A DNA stretch of 63,960 nucleotides, filler included, from Dimorphilus gyrociliatus (Eukaryota; Animalia; Annelida), in the NCBI GenBank assembly GCA_904063045.1. It is 5 parts of 5 records of this genome, joined end to end, with 100 filler letters (N's around TTAATTAATTAA, not from the genome) between each part and the next. Parts side by side here need not be neighbours in the genome. Positions count along the whole stretch, not along the records: positions 26,171 to 40,169 come from CAJFCJ010000241.1; 4 more parts are not named here. The stretch is one strand, 5' to 3'. Position 1 is the stretch's first letter. Every line of letters starts with the position of its first letter. This document shows positions 27,353-38,978 of this stretch, in pieces. The position numbers and the translations under genes are program-made. The notes beneath the pieces were generated by a model. The model had not been told where the DNA came from and ran no database searches. It was given only the letters and a program-made list of their open reading frames with translations.

Positions 27353-28720
27353 TAATTTCGTAGGGTTTATATACTCTTTTAAAGGTTGATAGTTCACAAA
27401 TTTCAATGTTCACAAAAACAAAAGTAACATTTGAAGACAAAGAAAAGTTCTAAATATGGTCATGTTTTTATTGTTTTCCTCTTCTAAATAATAGTTGAAT
27501 TTCTCAGGTTGGAGAGTTGCATAAGATGTAACAATTTTAGTAGGACAAGTCGAACAATGAAAGAAAACATGTAGATTGTATATTTGACCGTTTTTATATT
27601 CTACCTTAATAATGATATTGAATTGATTGAGTTAGTAAATTTAGCATCAGCATATGCAGAGGAAGTATATCTGATTAATGCATGTTAAAAAGAACAGTAT
27701 TGTGTATACAATACTGTTGAATAGTCAATATAATCTAAACTTAGAATTGAAGCATAATTGATAATTAGAATTAAGCATTTTTCTACATTGCTTTTCAGTC
27801 AAGGTAAGTGCATGGTGAAAAGAAGAATCAATTTTTATACATATTATTTCTTTGGAGCTAAGAAGCACAGAATTGAAAAACAAACACTTACTTTGACTGA
27901 AAAGTAATGTAGAAAAATGCTTAATTCTAAGAAAACTCTAAATGGACAAAAACTTTTTCAGAAAGGAAAACTTCTGGTGTTTGATGAAAACAAAGGAACA
28001 TATTTCAAATGGCCAAGAACAACAGTTATTGAAGAATTCACAACAATATTACAAATTGGTAAAGCTTATTGGCAACCTAGGCAAGACAAAATAACTACAA
28101 ATCTGGAATATATGGAAGACTGTATTGAATCATTATCAGACTCAGTTGAATTACTAATTTCATCTTCAGATGAGCTTGTACCATAGTCAGTATCTGGGTC
28201 AGTAACTTCCATGTTTGAGTCCACAATATCTGAAACTTCAGATGGAGTATCAAAAACTTCAGATGGAGTGTCAGAATCTTCAAACTGTTGCCCTATCATT
28301 CCAACAGTTACTTTCTCCTTATTTGCTGGTTTTCCATGCAGAGAAACAATCCAGCTACGAGATGGCCAAATACATTCAGTGCCAAAAAATCGACTTGGAC
28401 ATTCAATTAAAATAAAAAAGAAAAATGAATGCAAAAATCATGGCAAGGAATCATTGTTGTATTGTCAAACATGTAACCAAGAAGGATTATGATATTTGCT
28501 CTGATATTTAAAAATAGGCCAAGTAGTTTCTGTAGAAAATATTTTTTATTGATAAAAAAAACCACACCTCTTTTTCTTTAAAGTCAGTCAGGGAAGGAAA
28601 AAAAAGAATTTTTTTTGTCAATTCTGAGAGCAATAATTTCTCATAGGCCTAAAAACAACCATTGTTAGAGTTATTTTGGTATGGTTAGGTAAGGCTTTTG
28701 AAATTCTATCATAGTTATGT

Positions 28721-28980
28721 CTAAAAAGGTTGACTGATATAAATGATCCATGGATGAATCATTTCTCTTGCTGCCTCCCTTTCTAGAGTCATTTTAGTGG
28801 AGTTGGTGTTCATGCCCTCTGTGACCTTCAGACTCACAATATTACTTTGGAGGCACACAGCCAATGGAGCGTAAATCTTTCTACCCGCCACAAGCAGGAA
28901 GAGACCAAAATAATCCATTTCAATGTTCTCAATGATATATAGGTGGGCGTTGAGCTAGAAATTGTAGGAGGACAATCGGC
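28721..28980 (-). mobile_element. BEL/Pao LTR-retrotransposon integrase remnant
   Basis: MDYFGLF..GRKIYAPLAVCLQSNIVSLKV..STKMTLEREAAREMIHPWII resembles the BEL integrase core DYFGP..K.Y..LFTCL..RAVHL..F.ARRG.P. Confidence 0.7.
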
Positions 28981-29227
28981 ATTCATATATTTATGCATTC
29001 TCTCTGTACGAGAGATTTTTTTTTTGTAATGTCAAATATTTTACTTCGGAGGCTACGGCATAGTTAAGAAAGCAAATATTAGCACCTTGTGTCAAGCAAT
29101 TCCTTTTATCGTCACTCTGCTAATCCAAAATATATGAATTTGAATGCTAAATTTAGACAGGGAAACCATTTCTTCGAAGCTCTCTTATACTATTCAGTTT
29201 CTGATAGACTTTTGAACAATACACGAG

Positions 29228-29314
29228 TGTACAATTAATACAAGATCATATATGCAATGATAACCATTGCTAAAATGGTATTACTTTTCACTTTCTTATC
29301 TTTATCTTTTTTAT
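29228..29314 (+). repeat. Partial duplicate of the 5' end of the claudin-like gene
   Basis: tgtacaattaatacaagatcata..gcaATG..ttactttt..ctttcttatctttatc aligns with 31636-31723. Confidence 0.8.
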
Positions 29315-29351
29315 CAGTGAAAGTCAACTGGGAAAGGACCTTCTGACACAG

Positions 29352-31203
29352 AATCCCACTGAGCTGCTAACTTTGTTGTGTATTATTTTTACTTTACTTT
29401 TTAAAAATTCAGATTTGAGTTTATGTGGTTTGGAGAAAACGAAAATAGGATTATTATGACTGACATTTACGATTTGTCAATAGTTTATGCTTCATTCCCA
29501 AGAATAAGGGTTAATACTGCCTTCAAATATCCTTCTTGGGGCCGTTTTCTGTTGATCCCACTGGGCTGCTAACTTTGTTGTGTATTATTTTTACTTTACT
29601 TTTTAAAAATTCAGATTTGAGTTTATGTGGTTTGGAGAAAACGAAAATAGGATTATTATGACTGACATTTACGATTTGTCAATAGTTTATGCTTCATTCC
29701 CAAGAATAAGGGTTAATACTGCCTTCAAATATCCTTCTTGGGGCCGTTTTCTGTTGATCCCACTGGGCTGCTAACTTTGTTGTGTATTATTTTTACTTTA
29801 CTTTTTAAAAATTCAGATTTGAGTTTATGTGGTTTGGAGAAAACGAAAATAGGATTATTATGACTGACATTTACGATTTGTCAATAGTTTATGCTTCATT
29901 CCCAAGAATAAGGGTTAATACTGCCTTCAAATATCCTTCTTGGGGCCGTTTTCTGTTGATCCCACTGGGCTGCTAACTTTGTTGTGTATTATTTTTACTT
30001 TACTTTTTAAAAATTCAGATTTGAGTTTATGTGGTTTGGAGAAAACGAAAATAGGATTATTATGACTGACATTTACGATTTGTCAATAGTTTATGCTTCA
30101 TTCCCAAGAATAAGGGTTAATACTGCCTTCAAATATCCTTCTTGGGGCCGTTTTCTGTTGATCCCACTGGGCTGCTAACTTTGTTGTGTATTATTTTTAC
30201 TTTACTTTTTAAAAATTCAGATTTGAGTTTATGTGGTTTGGAGAAAACGAAAATAGGATTATTATGACTGACATTTACGATTTGTCAATAGTTTATGCTT
30301 CATTCCCAAGAATAAGGGTTAATACTGCCTTCAAATATCCTTCTTGGGGCCGTTTTCTATTGATCCCACTGGGCTGCTAACTTTGTTGTGTATTATTTTT
30401 ACTTTACTTTTTAAAAATTCAGATTTGAGTTTATGTGGTTTGGAGAAAACGAAAATAGGATTATTATGACTGACATTTACGATTTGTCAATAGTTTATGC
30501 TTCATTCCCAAGAATAAGGGTTAATACTGCCTTCAAATATCCTTCTTGGGGCCGTTTTCTATTGATCCCACTGGGCTGCTAACTTTGTTGTGTATTATTT
30601 TTACTTTACTTTTTAAAAATTCAGATTTGAGTTTATGTGGTTTGGAGAAAACGAAAATAGGATTATTATGACTGACATTTACGATTTGTCAATAGTTTAT
30701 GCTTCATTCCCAAGAATAAGGGTTAATACTGCCTTCAAATATCCTTCTTGGGGCCGTTTTCTATTGATCCCACTGGGCTGCTAACTTTGTTGTGTATTAT
30801 TTTTACTTTACTTTTTAAAAATTCAGATTTGAGTTTATGTGGTTTGGAGAAAACGAAAATAGGATTATTATGACTGACATTTACGATTTGTCAATAGTTT
30901 ATGCTTCATTCCCAAGAATAAGGGTTAATACTGCCTTCAAATATCCTTCTTGAGGCCGTTTTCTATTGATCCCACTGGGCTGCTAACTTTGTTGTGTATT
31001 ATTTTTACTTTACTTTTTAAAAATTCAGATTTGAGTTTATGTGGTTTGGAGAAAACGAAAATAGGATTATTATGACTGACATTTACGATTTGTCAATAGT
31101 TTATGCTTCATTCCCAAGAATAAGGGTTAATACTGCCCTCAAATATCCTTCTTGGGGCAGTTTTCTGTTGATCCCACTGGGCTGCTAACTTTGTTGTGTA
31201 TTA
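29352..31203. repeat. Tandem array, 202-bp unit x ~9.2
   Basis: Unit starts at 29352, 29554, 29756, 29958, 30160, 30362, 30564, 30766, 30968 and 31170 (partial); copies are nearly identical. Confidence 0.97.
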
Positions 31204-31664
31204 TAAGAATAACTGTTTCATTTCCTGATTCAATATCTGATAAGAATCTTATCTATTTTAATATTACTTGTTATGTAAATAAGAAAAAAAAAATCTCGCT
31301 TTTACGCTAATTTATTGAATTTCTATGTAGTATAAATTAATTTTGCAGAATAAAACGAAAAACAATTCTTGAAAAAGATAAAACTCAGAAATAAAGCAAA
31401 ACTATCCATTGTTCAGAAAAAGACAAATAGTATTTTCTTGTGGCAAAGGCGCTATTCAAACTTGATTTTATAAAATATAAAAGAATATTAATAACAATAA
31501 AAAAATATAGGCCTAAATGTAACAACTAAAGAAAATATGTCACAATTGAATGCTTATACACAGAGGCTGCCCATATATATAGATTAATTCTTTCGCGCAA
31601 TTCAATTTCCTGTAGGCTTTCGAACAGTGCACAACTGTACAATTAATACAAGATCATATGTGCA

Positions 31665-32286
31665 ATGAAAACTACTGCTGGAATAGTATTACTATTTACT
31701 TTCTTATCTTTATCATTTTTTATTGGATTTATTGCTGGTTTCCTACCGATTCTTTATCTAAGAATTTCAGAAAAACTACAACTTTCAATTGGACTTTATA
31801 GAACATGTGCTTACTTTCAATTTGAATGGAAATGTCTCTATTTGAGTATTAATAATCAGGATAATTTTTTGAGTAAGCTGATGTTTTTCTCTAATCTATC
31901 TCTTTACTATTTTTCAACTTTTTTTTACAGATTATAATTGGTTTACAACTTGCCAAACTCTACTTGTAGCTTCTATAATTGCAGTCCATATGTCGCTAGC
32001 CATTGCAATTACAACATTATTCCAGACTAAGACATCTAGGAATATTATAAGACTCATAAGTGCTCTGAACATTTGTGCATTTCTGCTATCATTATCTTGC
32101 CTCACAGTCTTTTTCACTAAGCCTAGTGTAGAATTTGAAAACAGAGGAGAAGGTTTCTACTTGGTTTGTTTGTTTGCATTTTTAACTATAGTTAACGTTT
32201 TTACTGCTAATCAACTACCACTAAAAACGAAAGAGCACAATTATTCAAATATAGAAAAGAATATTGTATACATGATCGACCAATAA
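31665..32286 (+). CDS. Claudin/PMP22/EMP-like four-TM protein, ~187 aa, 2 exons
   Basis: Exons 31665-31872 and 31931-32286 splice in frame. TM1, GLYRTC..C loop motif, NWFTTCQTLLVASI, three further TMs, GEGFYL before TM4. Confidence 0.75.
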
Positions 32287-32652
32287 ATTTAAAATGTTGT
32301 ACAATGAAATGCTGACTCAAAACTATAATTTGTTAATAATCGATATTTTATTCCAAGAATTAATAGAGAAGTTAGGACCTGGATGGTCAGAGAAATAATC
32401 TCACCTGATATATGGGATATTAACAACAAATACATACTCAAAATGTTGAAAACAACCAAAATGGAACCTGCTAGAATGGCAAAAGCAGAAGATTTTGAAC
32501 TCAACAAGAAGAAAATTAGTTTCAATCCCTTACCAAGACTGGACACTTGGTACCAAAGTCCAAAAGATAAACAATTTCAAACACATCAAGCAAATGGAAA
32601 ACTTACACTTTTGCAAAGAACACCAAAGAAGCATGAATGGAGGAGAAGAGTA

Positions 32653-33846
32653 TCAGAAAGCATACAGATGCCAAAATTTAAGGGCTCCTGTATCACATAA
32701 TGCAATGACTTCTCTTCCATTGTGGTTCTTCATTCTAAACTGAAAATCATCTCTGCCTTTTACTTGAGAGGTGCACTTGAAATGTGCAATTTTGTCCTCT
32801 TTAAGGTTAAAGATTGCCATTGTTCCTTTAGAAGTTTCTCTTTCATTTGGTTTATCAGGTTCAGTATGTATTAGTCTGTTGAATGTGCCTCTTTCCATTG
32901 CTGTGTTTCCCATTCTTTGATGTGGTTGAAATCTATTTTGGGTAAAATTTATGTTTGGATTAATTGGGTTATTGTCAAATCTTCTTTTAAATTGTTTGAA
33001 TTCCTTTTCATCTTCTTTCCTTGCATTGTTGAAAAATACCTCTGCTCTTTTTGCCAGTTTAATATACTGGTCCACTGAGCTGATTTTTCCATCTTTTTCC
33101 ACATGATTAACAATTTTTCCTTTAAGACCATTCCTGAATACAGTTAACAGTTGAAGCTCTCTAACCCTTTGTGTAACACAAGCCATTTCTGTATTATTGA
33201 ATGGTAGGAATTTTTCCACAAGTTCTTTACTTCTTCTAATAAAACTTTGAACAGTTTCATCATTAAACTGTCTCAATCTATCAATATCTTTTTTGAAAGC
33301 CATAGGATCTGGATTGAATTCTTCATCCAATGCATCCCAAATTTCATTTTCATTTGCCATGGAGGGTAAGCTTTCAATAACATCTCTGGCTCTTCCAGTA
33401 CTGTATTTTCTCAGCATTCGAATTCTTTTCTCCTCTGTGTCCCAAAGGTTTAATTCACAAGCTGTTTGAAAGTTCCTCTTAAAGGACCAAGTATCTTTGC
33501 TACCAGAATAGGGTCTCAGCAAAGTAGTATTAGGTTTCTCATTAGCATCAATTAAAAGACTTGCAATTGTCTTTTCCAAAACATTTTCATGAATACCAGA
33601 GTTACTGAATTTTTGTTGAGTAGGACTAGGGTTTGCCATACCTTCAGGAATTGTAGCTGCCCCAGTTGATGAATGGTATTTCAAAAAGCTATTACCATCA
33701 ACTTTGGCTCCACTACCCTTAATTCTCAACATTAATTCATTTATTTTAGAGAGATACTCATCTATTTCCTTTGCTCTGGTTTTGTCACTTTCATAAACCA
33801 AAATATCATTCCTTAAAGTTGAATTGTGGGCTGTCGACTGCGTCAT
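32653..33846 (-). mobile_element. Ty3/Gypsy-like gag-protease ORF, truncated just after the catalytic motif
   Basis: Capsid-like PYSGSKDTWSF..LRQFNDETVQSF..FRNGL, then ALCDTGA (aspartic protease DTG). No RT or integrase follows. Confidence 0.85.
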
Positions 33847-33849
33847 ATT

Positions 33850-33893
33850 TGTACTTTGTTGTATTGTAATTGTAGGAATTTCTGCTTCTTCAG
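33850..33893 (-). repeat. Family A terminal fragment, in frame with the gag ORF
   Basis: Reverse strand reads EEAEIPTITIQQST-N-MTQST into the gag start. Confidence 0.8.
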
Positions 33894-34310
33894 TATATTT
33901 GGTGTATGTTGAAAATTATTCTATATTTGCATATGATAGGTCTCAATTTTAGAAAAGTGAGACATCAGACAAAGGAATCTAAAAGAATATTTTCTCATTT
34001 TATTCAGCTCATTTGAAAAAGCTACTAAAAACTGAAGATTTTGACAATTTCTAGGAAAGAAAGTAAAGATTGAAAATATTTAAATAAAAACTGAACACTT
34101 TTAAAATAATCTCCTACAAAATCCATTTTGATTAATTGAATAAAATATATCTTGATTTTTGGCATTTTAAATGCTTTCTCTATTTGCTAATCAGCTATAA
34201 TATCCATTTATCTTGATTAAAATTACTTTTTTAAAGTCTAAAAAGACCCCAGAATTGAGCTTAATTCAAAATTTAACTAGTTAAGCTGCTTTGAAGCAAT
34301 TAAGCTATAA

Positions 34311-34420
34311 CTTGAGGTTCTATTTGGACAAGTGCTTTGGCGTAATATTAAATGAGGGGTACCAACAAATATGTTTGGGATGAGAACAAAATTCCTACAA
34401 TCATGATACAACAAAGTACA
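34311..34420 (+). repeat. Family A copy, plus orientation
   Basis: ggttctatttggac..; ATG at 34352 encodes MRGTNKYVWDENKIPTIMIQQST, ending caacaaagtaca at 34420. Confidence 0.75.
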
Positions 34421-34582
34421 ATACAAGTAATCATAAATCTTGTAAAATATGTATTAAAGAGAAAAAATATCAGATGTAATAAAAACATTCCACTCTAAAA
34501 AAATTGTGCATTCTAGTGTTTTTCCTTAATGTGTGGAGCTTTTGTTAATTTTACATAAGCTTTTCTCCCCTTCTTTCTGATA

Positions 34583-34891
34583 TTAGAAAGATACACGATA
34601 GACTCTCTTACAATATGATCTTCTCCAATCACAATCATCAATTTTGCCATGTTTGCAATTTATACAAGAATTTCTGCTAATATATCGTTGCTGTAAGGAA
34701 AAGTACAAATAAAGCTTATGGAATAAATTTTCTATATTAAATACCTTCTTCACTAATTCTCTCATAAGAAGAGTTTCCATCAATCCTTCATCTCTTTCAT
34801 CCAATAACTCCATCAATTCACTTTGAAATGGTGCAGAAATTGCAAAATGTGCCAGCATAATAACAAGACAAATGCCCAAAAGATATTTCAT
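34583..34891 (-). CDS. Secreted Cys-rich peptide precursor, ~84 aa, 2 exons
   Basis: Exon 34891-34745, 54-nt GT-AG intron, exon 34690-34583. Signal peptide MKYLLGICLVIMLAHFAISA, acidic pro-region, KK/QR, then NSCINCKHGKIDDCDWRRSYC-KR. Confidence 0.7.
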   Translation of the reverse strand: MKYLLGICLVIMLAHFAISAPFQSELMELLDERDEGLMETLLMRELVKKVFNIENLFHKLYLYFSLQQRYISRNSCINCKHGKIDDCDWRRSYCKRVYRVSF

Positions 34892-36035
34892 GATTTGAAA
34901 GTAGCTTGTAAAAGATTTGAAATGTGTGAAAGTTGAAAATATTCTAGTTGATATATATACATGTATATATATATATATCTTTTATATTTTTTGACATTAT
35001 GGAGTTTATGATAAAATGAATAGCAAAAAAACCAGTTTAAGACTTCAATAACTCAATACTGTGTAATATGCTTCTGATAGGCTGTAAACAAAAATTAATC
35101 TGTTACTATTTTATACCTGTGTACTACTTATTCAAAAACCTTTGAGAGAAATATAATCACCATTTAGCCAAATTCTGACCTTGTCTGGTCATACATAAGG
35201 TTCAACTTATATTGAAAGCATGTAGGCCAACTAAAAGACCTGAAAAACTGGTTTGACATGCTTCACTTCAAATGCAGGAAATATACTCAAGGTGACAGAG
35301 GCCAAAAAAAATAAAGCATGCCAGAAACTAGTAAGACTGGACCTAAATCTATTTTTAAATTTTTAAATTTTTAAATTTCCCTCCCATTTTCTTTCAAGGC
35401 TTTCTGTATTGTTGTCTATAATACTGTTATGTTTCACTTGGATGCCAGCTTTGTACTTGAAGTCCTTTCTTTCTCTTTATTTATCTTCCTCTTCATGAGG
35501 GTTCTATCTCTATTTCTCTATTATAATCCAAAATTTTTTAATACAAAATGTTATTGATTACCCTTTAAAATTAGCCTTACAAAAACATTTTTTAGCATTG
35601 TATAATATTCTTATCTTTTTAATTTAGGTCAAGCTCTTACACTGTCCAATAAACTAAGAAAAAAATATTTGTGTCTGTTTTGAATAAAATGAGGATATTA
35701 AACTCAACCAGCTAAATAGGCAAGGTAAAGGTAATTATGCTGCCTTCAAATTGACTTTATACCCCTCAAATAATTCTCACCATTCAATTATATTTTATCC
35801 CTTTACTTCTTGGAGATTTTGTTATATTATTGCAATGCAGGTTCTCTTCACCTGTGTTGAGAATCTGTATCTGGTGTTTGTTGGAGATACAGTAATAGCT
35901 TAGGCTAGGAAGAGCTACTTTTTATAGCAATTCCTAAACAGCCATACCAACCTTTAGCCTAACAAAGTTAGAAGTGTGAGTGCAATTGTGAGGTTATCAA
36001 TCTGTACTGATTGTGCTAATCCCTTAAGCACTAAA

Positions 36036-36195
36036 GACCTAGCCCTTGCTTTTGCCTAACCTTTTTCAATGCCCCTAACCCTTAGATGGGACCCACCTAA
36101 GTACATATCAATACTTATCTTGTTCCTCCTAACCATTTCCCAGCTTGAAATCTAAACTTCATATATTTCATTTATGGCTGTTTTTGACCAGTCCC
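36036..36195. mobile_element. MITE family M1, one-ended copy
   Basis: Reverse complement of most of 6664-6869, ending atttatggctgtttttgaccagtccc. Confidence 0.75.
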
Positions 36196-36455
36196 CACTA
36201 TTCTGTACTTTTAATATTTCAATAGAGGTTACAGTATCTGAAATTCTAACCTCTCTTGTTTTAAAAAACATGGTAATGCCAAAACTTGCTTATTACAATT
36301 GTAATTGTGATATCTTATCTTGTGAACTATTAATTGTACCTCTTTAGTTGACAGTCCACAATTCAACTTCAAGGAATCATATTTTGGTTTATGAAAGTAA
36401 CAAAACCAAAGCAATTTATTAATTGTTGCTTTAATGAAAATGTTTTTTCCGTGTG

Positions 36456-36615
36456 TGTACTTTGTTGTATTGTACTTGCAGGGATTTCTGGTTTGTCACA
36501 ACTGTAATCATTCTTCCTAATTATTTACCAACTTACCAAAGTATTGGTCCAAATAGAACCTATCCATTTTATTCACAAATAGTCTTAAAAAATGTAATTG
36601 TGGTAGAAATTTGTG
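36456..36615 (-). repeat. Family A copy
   Basis: Starts tgtactttgttgtattg. Frame reads (ATA)IIRKNDYSCDKPEIPASTIQQST. Confidence 0.8.
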
Positions 36616-36910
36616 CACTTTAGTTCAATATAGATGTTCTTTTAGAAAACTGTAGACTTAACTCAATACTATTGTACAACTTTGGTTATATTTTACATGC
36701 TTAAACTCTATTCTTTTATGCAACATATACATGTACATCTTAAAACCTATGCAAGAAAATGCTATAACATTGGCCAAACATAGGTCAGATTAGTCAGCTT
36801 GAAGGCTCATCTTTAATTACCAATAAAGGTTTGGCCAAGTTATAATTTAATTAACTTGCCTAGGGTGTGGCCAAGTTATAATTCAATTAACCTTCCTAAA
36901 TGTTCAACTT

Positions 36911-37307
36911 TGTAACATCCTGTTACTAAAGATAAATATGAACTACACATTTCGGCAACTGTAAAGTGATGATTGGATGTCAAAGGTAAACCTCAAAGTA
37001 TATAAATCCTCACTATTGTCATTTGGCATGCAGCTTCCATCTGGACCCAAGGACCTGGGAAAATCATCTGGAAACAACCTCCACTGGAACCATCCATCTA
37101 CTCCTCAACATTAGAAGACAGTTTGGTAATTTGACAACCTACTTTTACAAACTATCTACTCTGCTATCGAACTCTCATATTGTTACTTGCTTAAGTATTA
37201 TTATTGCGAATAAACTGTTTTAATTTAAACATTTGTTTAAAGGTTCGAGTAGAACCAGTATTGTTATAACTTGCAAACACATAGATTTTGCCAGCAAGAG
37301 CAGTACA
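36911..37307 (+). repeat. Dispersed repeat family B (LTR-like)
   Basis: Homologous to 53678-54022, 59903-60040 and 63548-63720. Contains gtatataaa and aataaa, and ends gcagtaca. No TSD seen. Confidence 0.7.
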
Positions 37308-37375
37308 CTATTTAATATGAATACTTTTGTGATTCTTTAGCCACTTTACTTAAAAAGTGTTCATGTATAAAAAAT

Positions 37376-37453
37376 GGTTTATGGAGAAAATGTCCACAAG
37401 AGAAACTGTCCACAGGAGAAAATGTCCATAGCTTAGGAGAAAACATCCACAGT
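37376..37453. mobile_element. MULE-type terminus with subterminal repeats
   Basis: ggtttatggagaaaatgtcc followed by about four gagaaa..tccaca units, the same layout as 53543-53660. Confidence 0.5.
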
Positions 37454-37848
37454 AATTTTTTATATGAAGAATGGTTTAATATTTGAATGAAAATATGAAA
37501 AATTAGAAAAAAAGATGTGTAATATTTTATTCATGTAATAAGATATGTCTAATATAAAAGAGATAACTACAAAACATATATTAGCTGCCAGAATATGAAT
37601 TCAATTTCTGTTGTTATTTCAATGTTACACCCAATCATAGCTTCTGTATAATTGTTTTGAACAATAACATAACTATTTCCCACAACTTGTGTGATGTCTT
37701 CATCATTTTGTTTTCCATTTTTTTCAACATCTGAACCATTATTAACAACATCATTCTCAGTGATAGCATCAATGCTTACTTATTCATCTGTTATCTTAAC
37801 TCCTTTTTCCAATATAGAGCCCATTCTTTTGATTTGGTTGATAGACAG

Positions 37849-38590
37849 TGTACTTTGTTGTATTGTAATTGTAGGAATTTCTGCTTCTTCAGAACAGTAT
37901 TCGTCCTTTCCAATCATTTATCAATTTACCAAAGTACTGGTCCAATTAGAACCTTTCAAGTTCGTCCACAAATAGTCTTAACAAATGTAATTTTGGTAGA
38001 AATAATTCAACAAAATACCAGTATTTTGTCCAAAGAATATGTATTGAGTAAATGAGTTTCTAGTTCTAAACAAGTAAGTTTAAACAACCAGTTAACGGTT
38101 AAAGAACTGAACTGACAAGCTGAGGAAATGCATTTCCTTTTATACATTTTCCAAAGCTTGGGTTCAAGTGGTCAAAGGATTACAAAGTTGAAATCTGACA
38201 GTCTCATAATTCTCATGTAAGAAAAATATGAAAGACTGTTATATCACACATATAAAATATAATCCTAAGATTAGGGCCACATGCCAAGCATGTGCCACAG
38301 CAAACAGGCCTGTCTCATCAGCATCTGGTGTTTGACCTGCATCTTTTCCATGTTCTTTGTTCCTTTGTTAATTCCCCAAGTAGCCACCATCTGTTACAGT
38401 GAAAGAGTCTATTTCTTGTAAAATAGAGTTCTTTCTAAAGTACTAAAAGCTAACTCTACGAAATAAAAGTCTTTCTAAAGTTCCATCACTATAATTCCTA
38501 TGAAATATAAGTATTTCTATAGTTGCACCAGTCTAATTCCTATAAAATAGAAGTCTTTCTAATGTACCCTTATATCTAAGTGCACAGACA
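37849..38590 (-). repeat. Family A, longest copy (~740 bp)
   Basis: MIGKDEYCSEEAEIPTITIQQST (ATG at 37917); distal part aligns with 57518-58070. Confidence 0.85.
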
Positions 38591-38736
38591 GATGTTGTAA
38601 TGTGACCAAACATGTTCTCTTGGAAATGCATACTCCTAGATTTTTGTCTAATTTTAAAGAAAAGTATTTAAAATATGCATTTGAATTTTAGGGAGAAGAG
38701 AAAAAAAAGACCTTTTTTTTTACCTTTTAGAATAAA

Positions 38737-38978
38737 TGGTTGTTCAAACTTGCTTGTTTAGAACTAGAAACTCATTTACTCAAATACATATTCTTTGAAT
38801 GAAATACTGGTGTTTGTTGGTTAATTTTTACTGGAATTACATTTATTAAGACTACTTGTGGACGAACTTGAAAGGTTCTATTTGGACCAGTACTTTGGTA
38901 CATTGGTAAATGATTGGAGAGGACGAATTTGATAGCGATGAGCTAGGACTTCCTACAATTACAATAGAACAAAGTACA
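38737..38978 (+). repeat. Family A copy, inverted relative to 37849
   Basis: ATG at 38910 encodes MIGEDEFDSDELGLPTITIEQST, ending gaacaaagtaca at 38978. Confidence 0.85.

Noticed and set aside
27917-28492. piggyBac-like acidic N-terminus / Cys-rich C-terminus
   Set aside because: Only a partial C..H..YCQTC motif and low-complexity acidic sequence; no DDD core.
29352-31203. CRISPR array
   Set aside because: Whole 202-bp units repeat with no unique spacers, there are no cas genes, and the context is eukaryotic.
33850-38978. Inverted family A pairs as TIRs of Ginger/MULE elements (33850-34420, 37849-38978)
   Set aside because: No 4-bp or 9-bp TSD flanks either pair, the arms belong to different subfamilies, and most copies are solitary.
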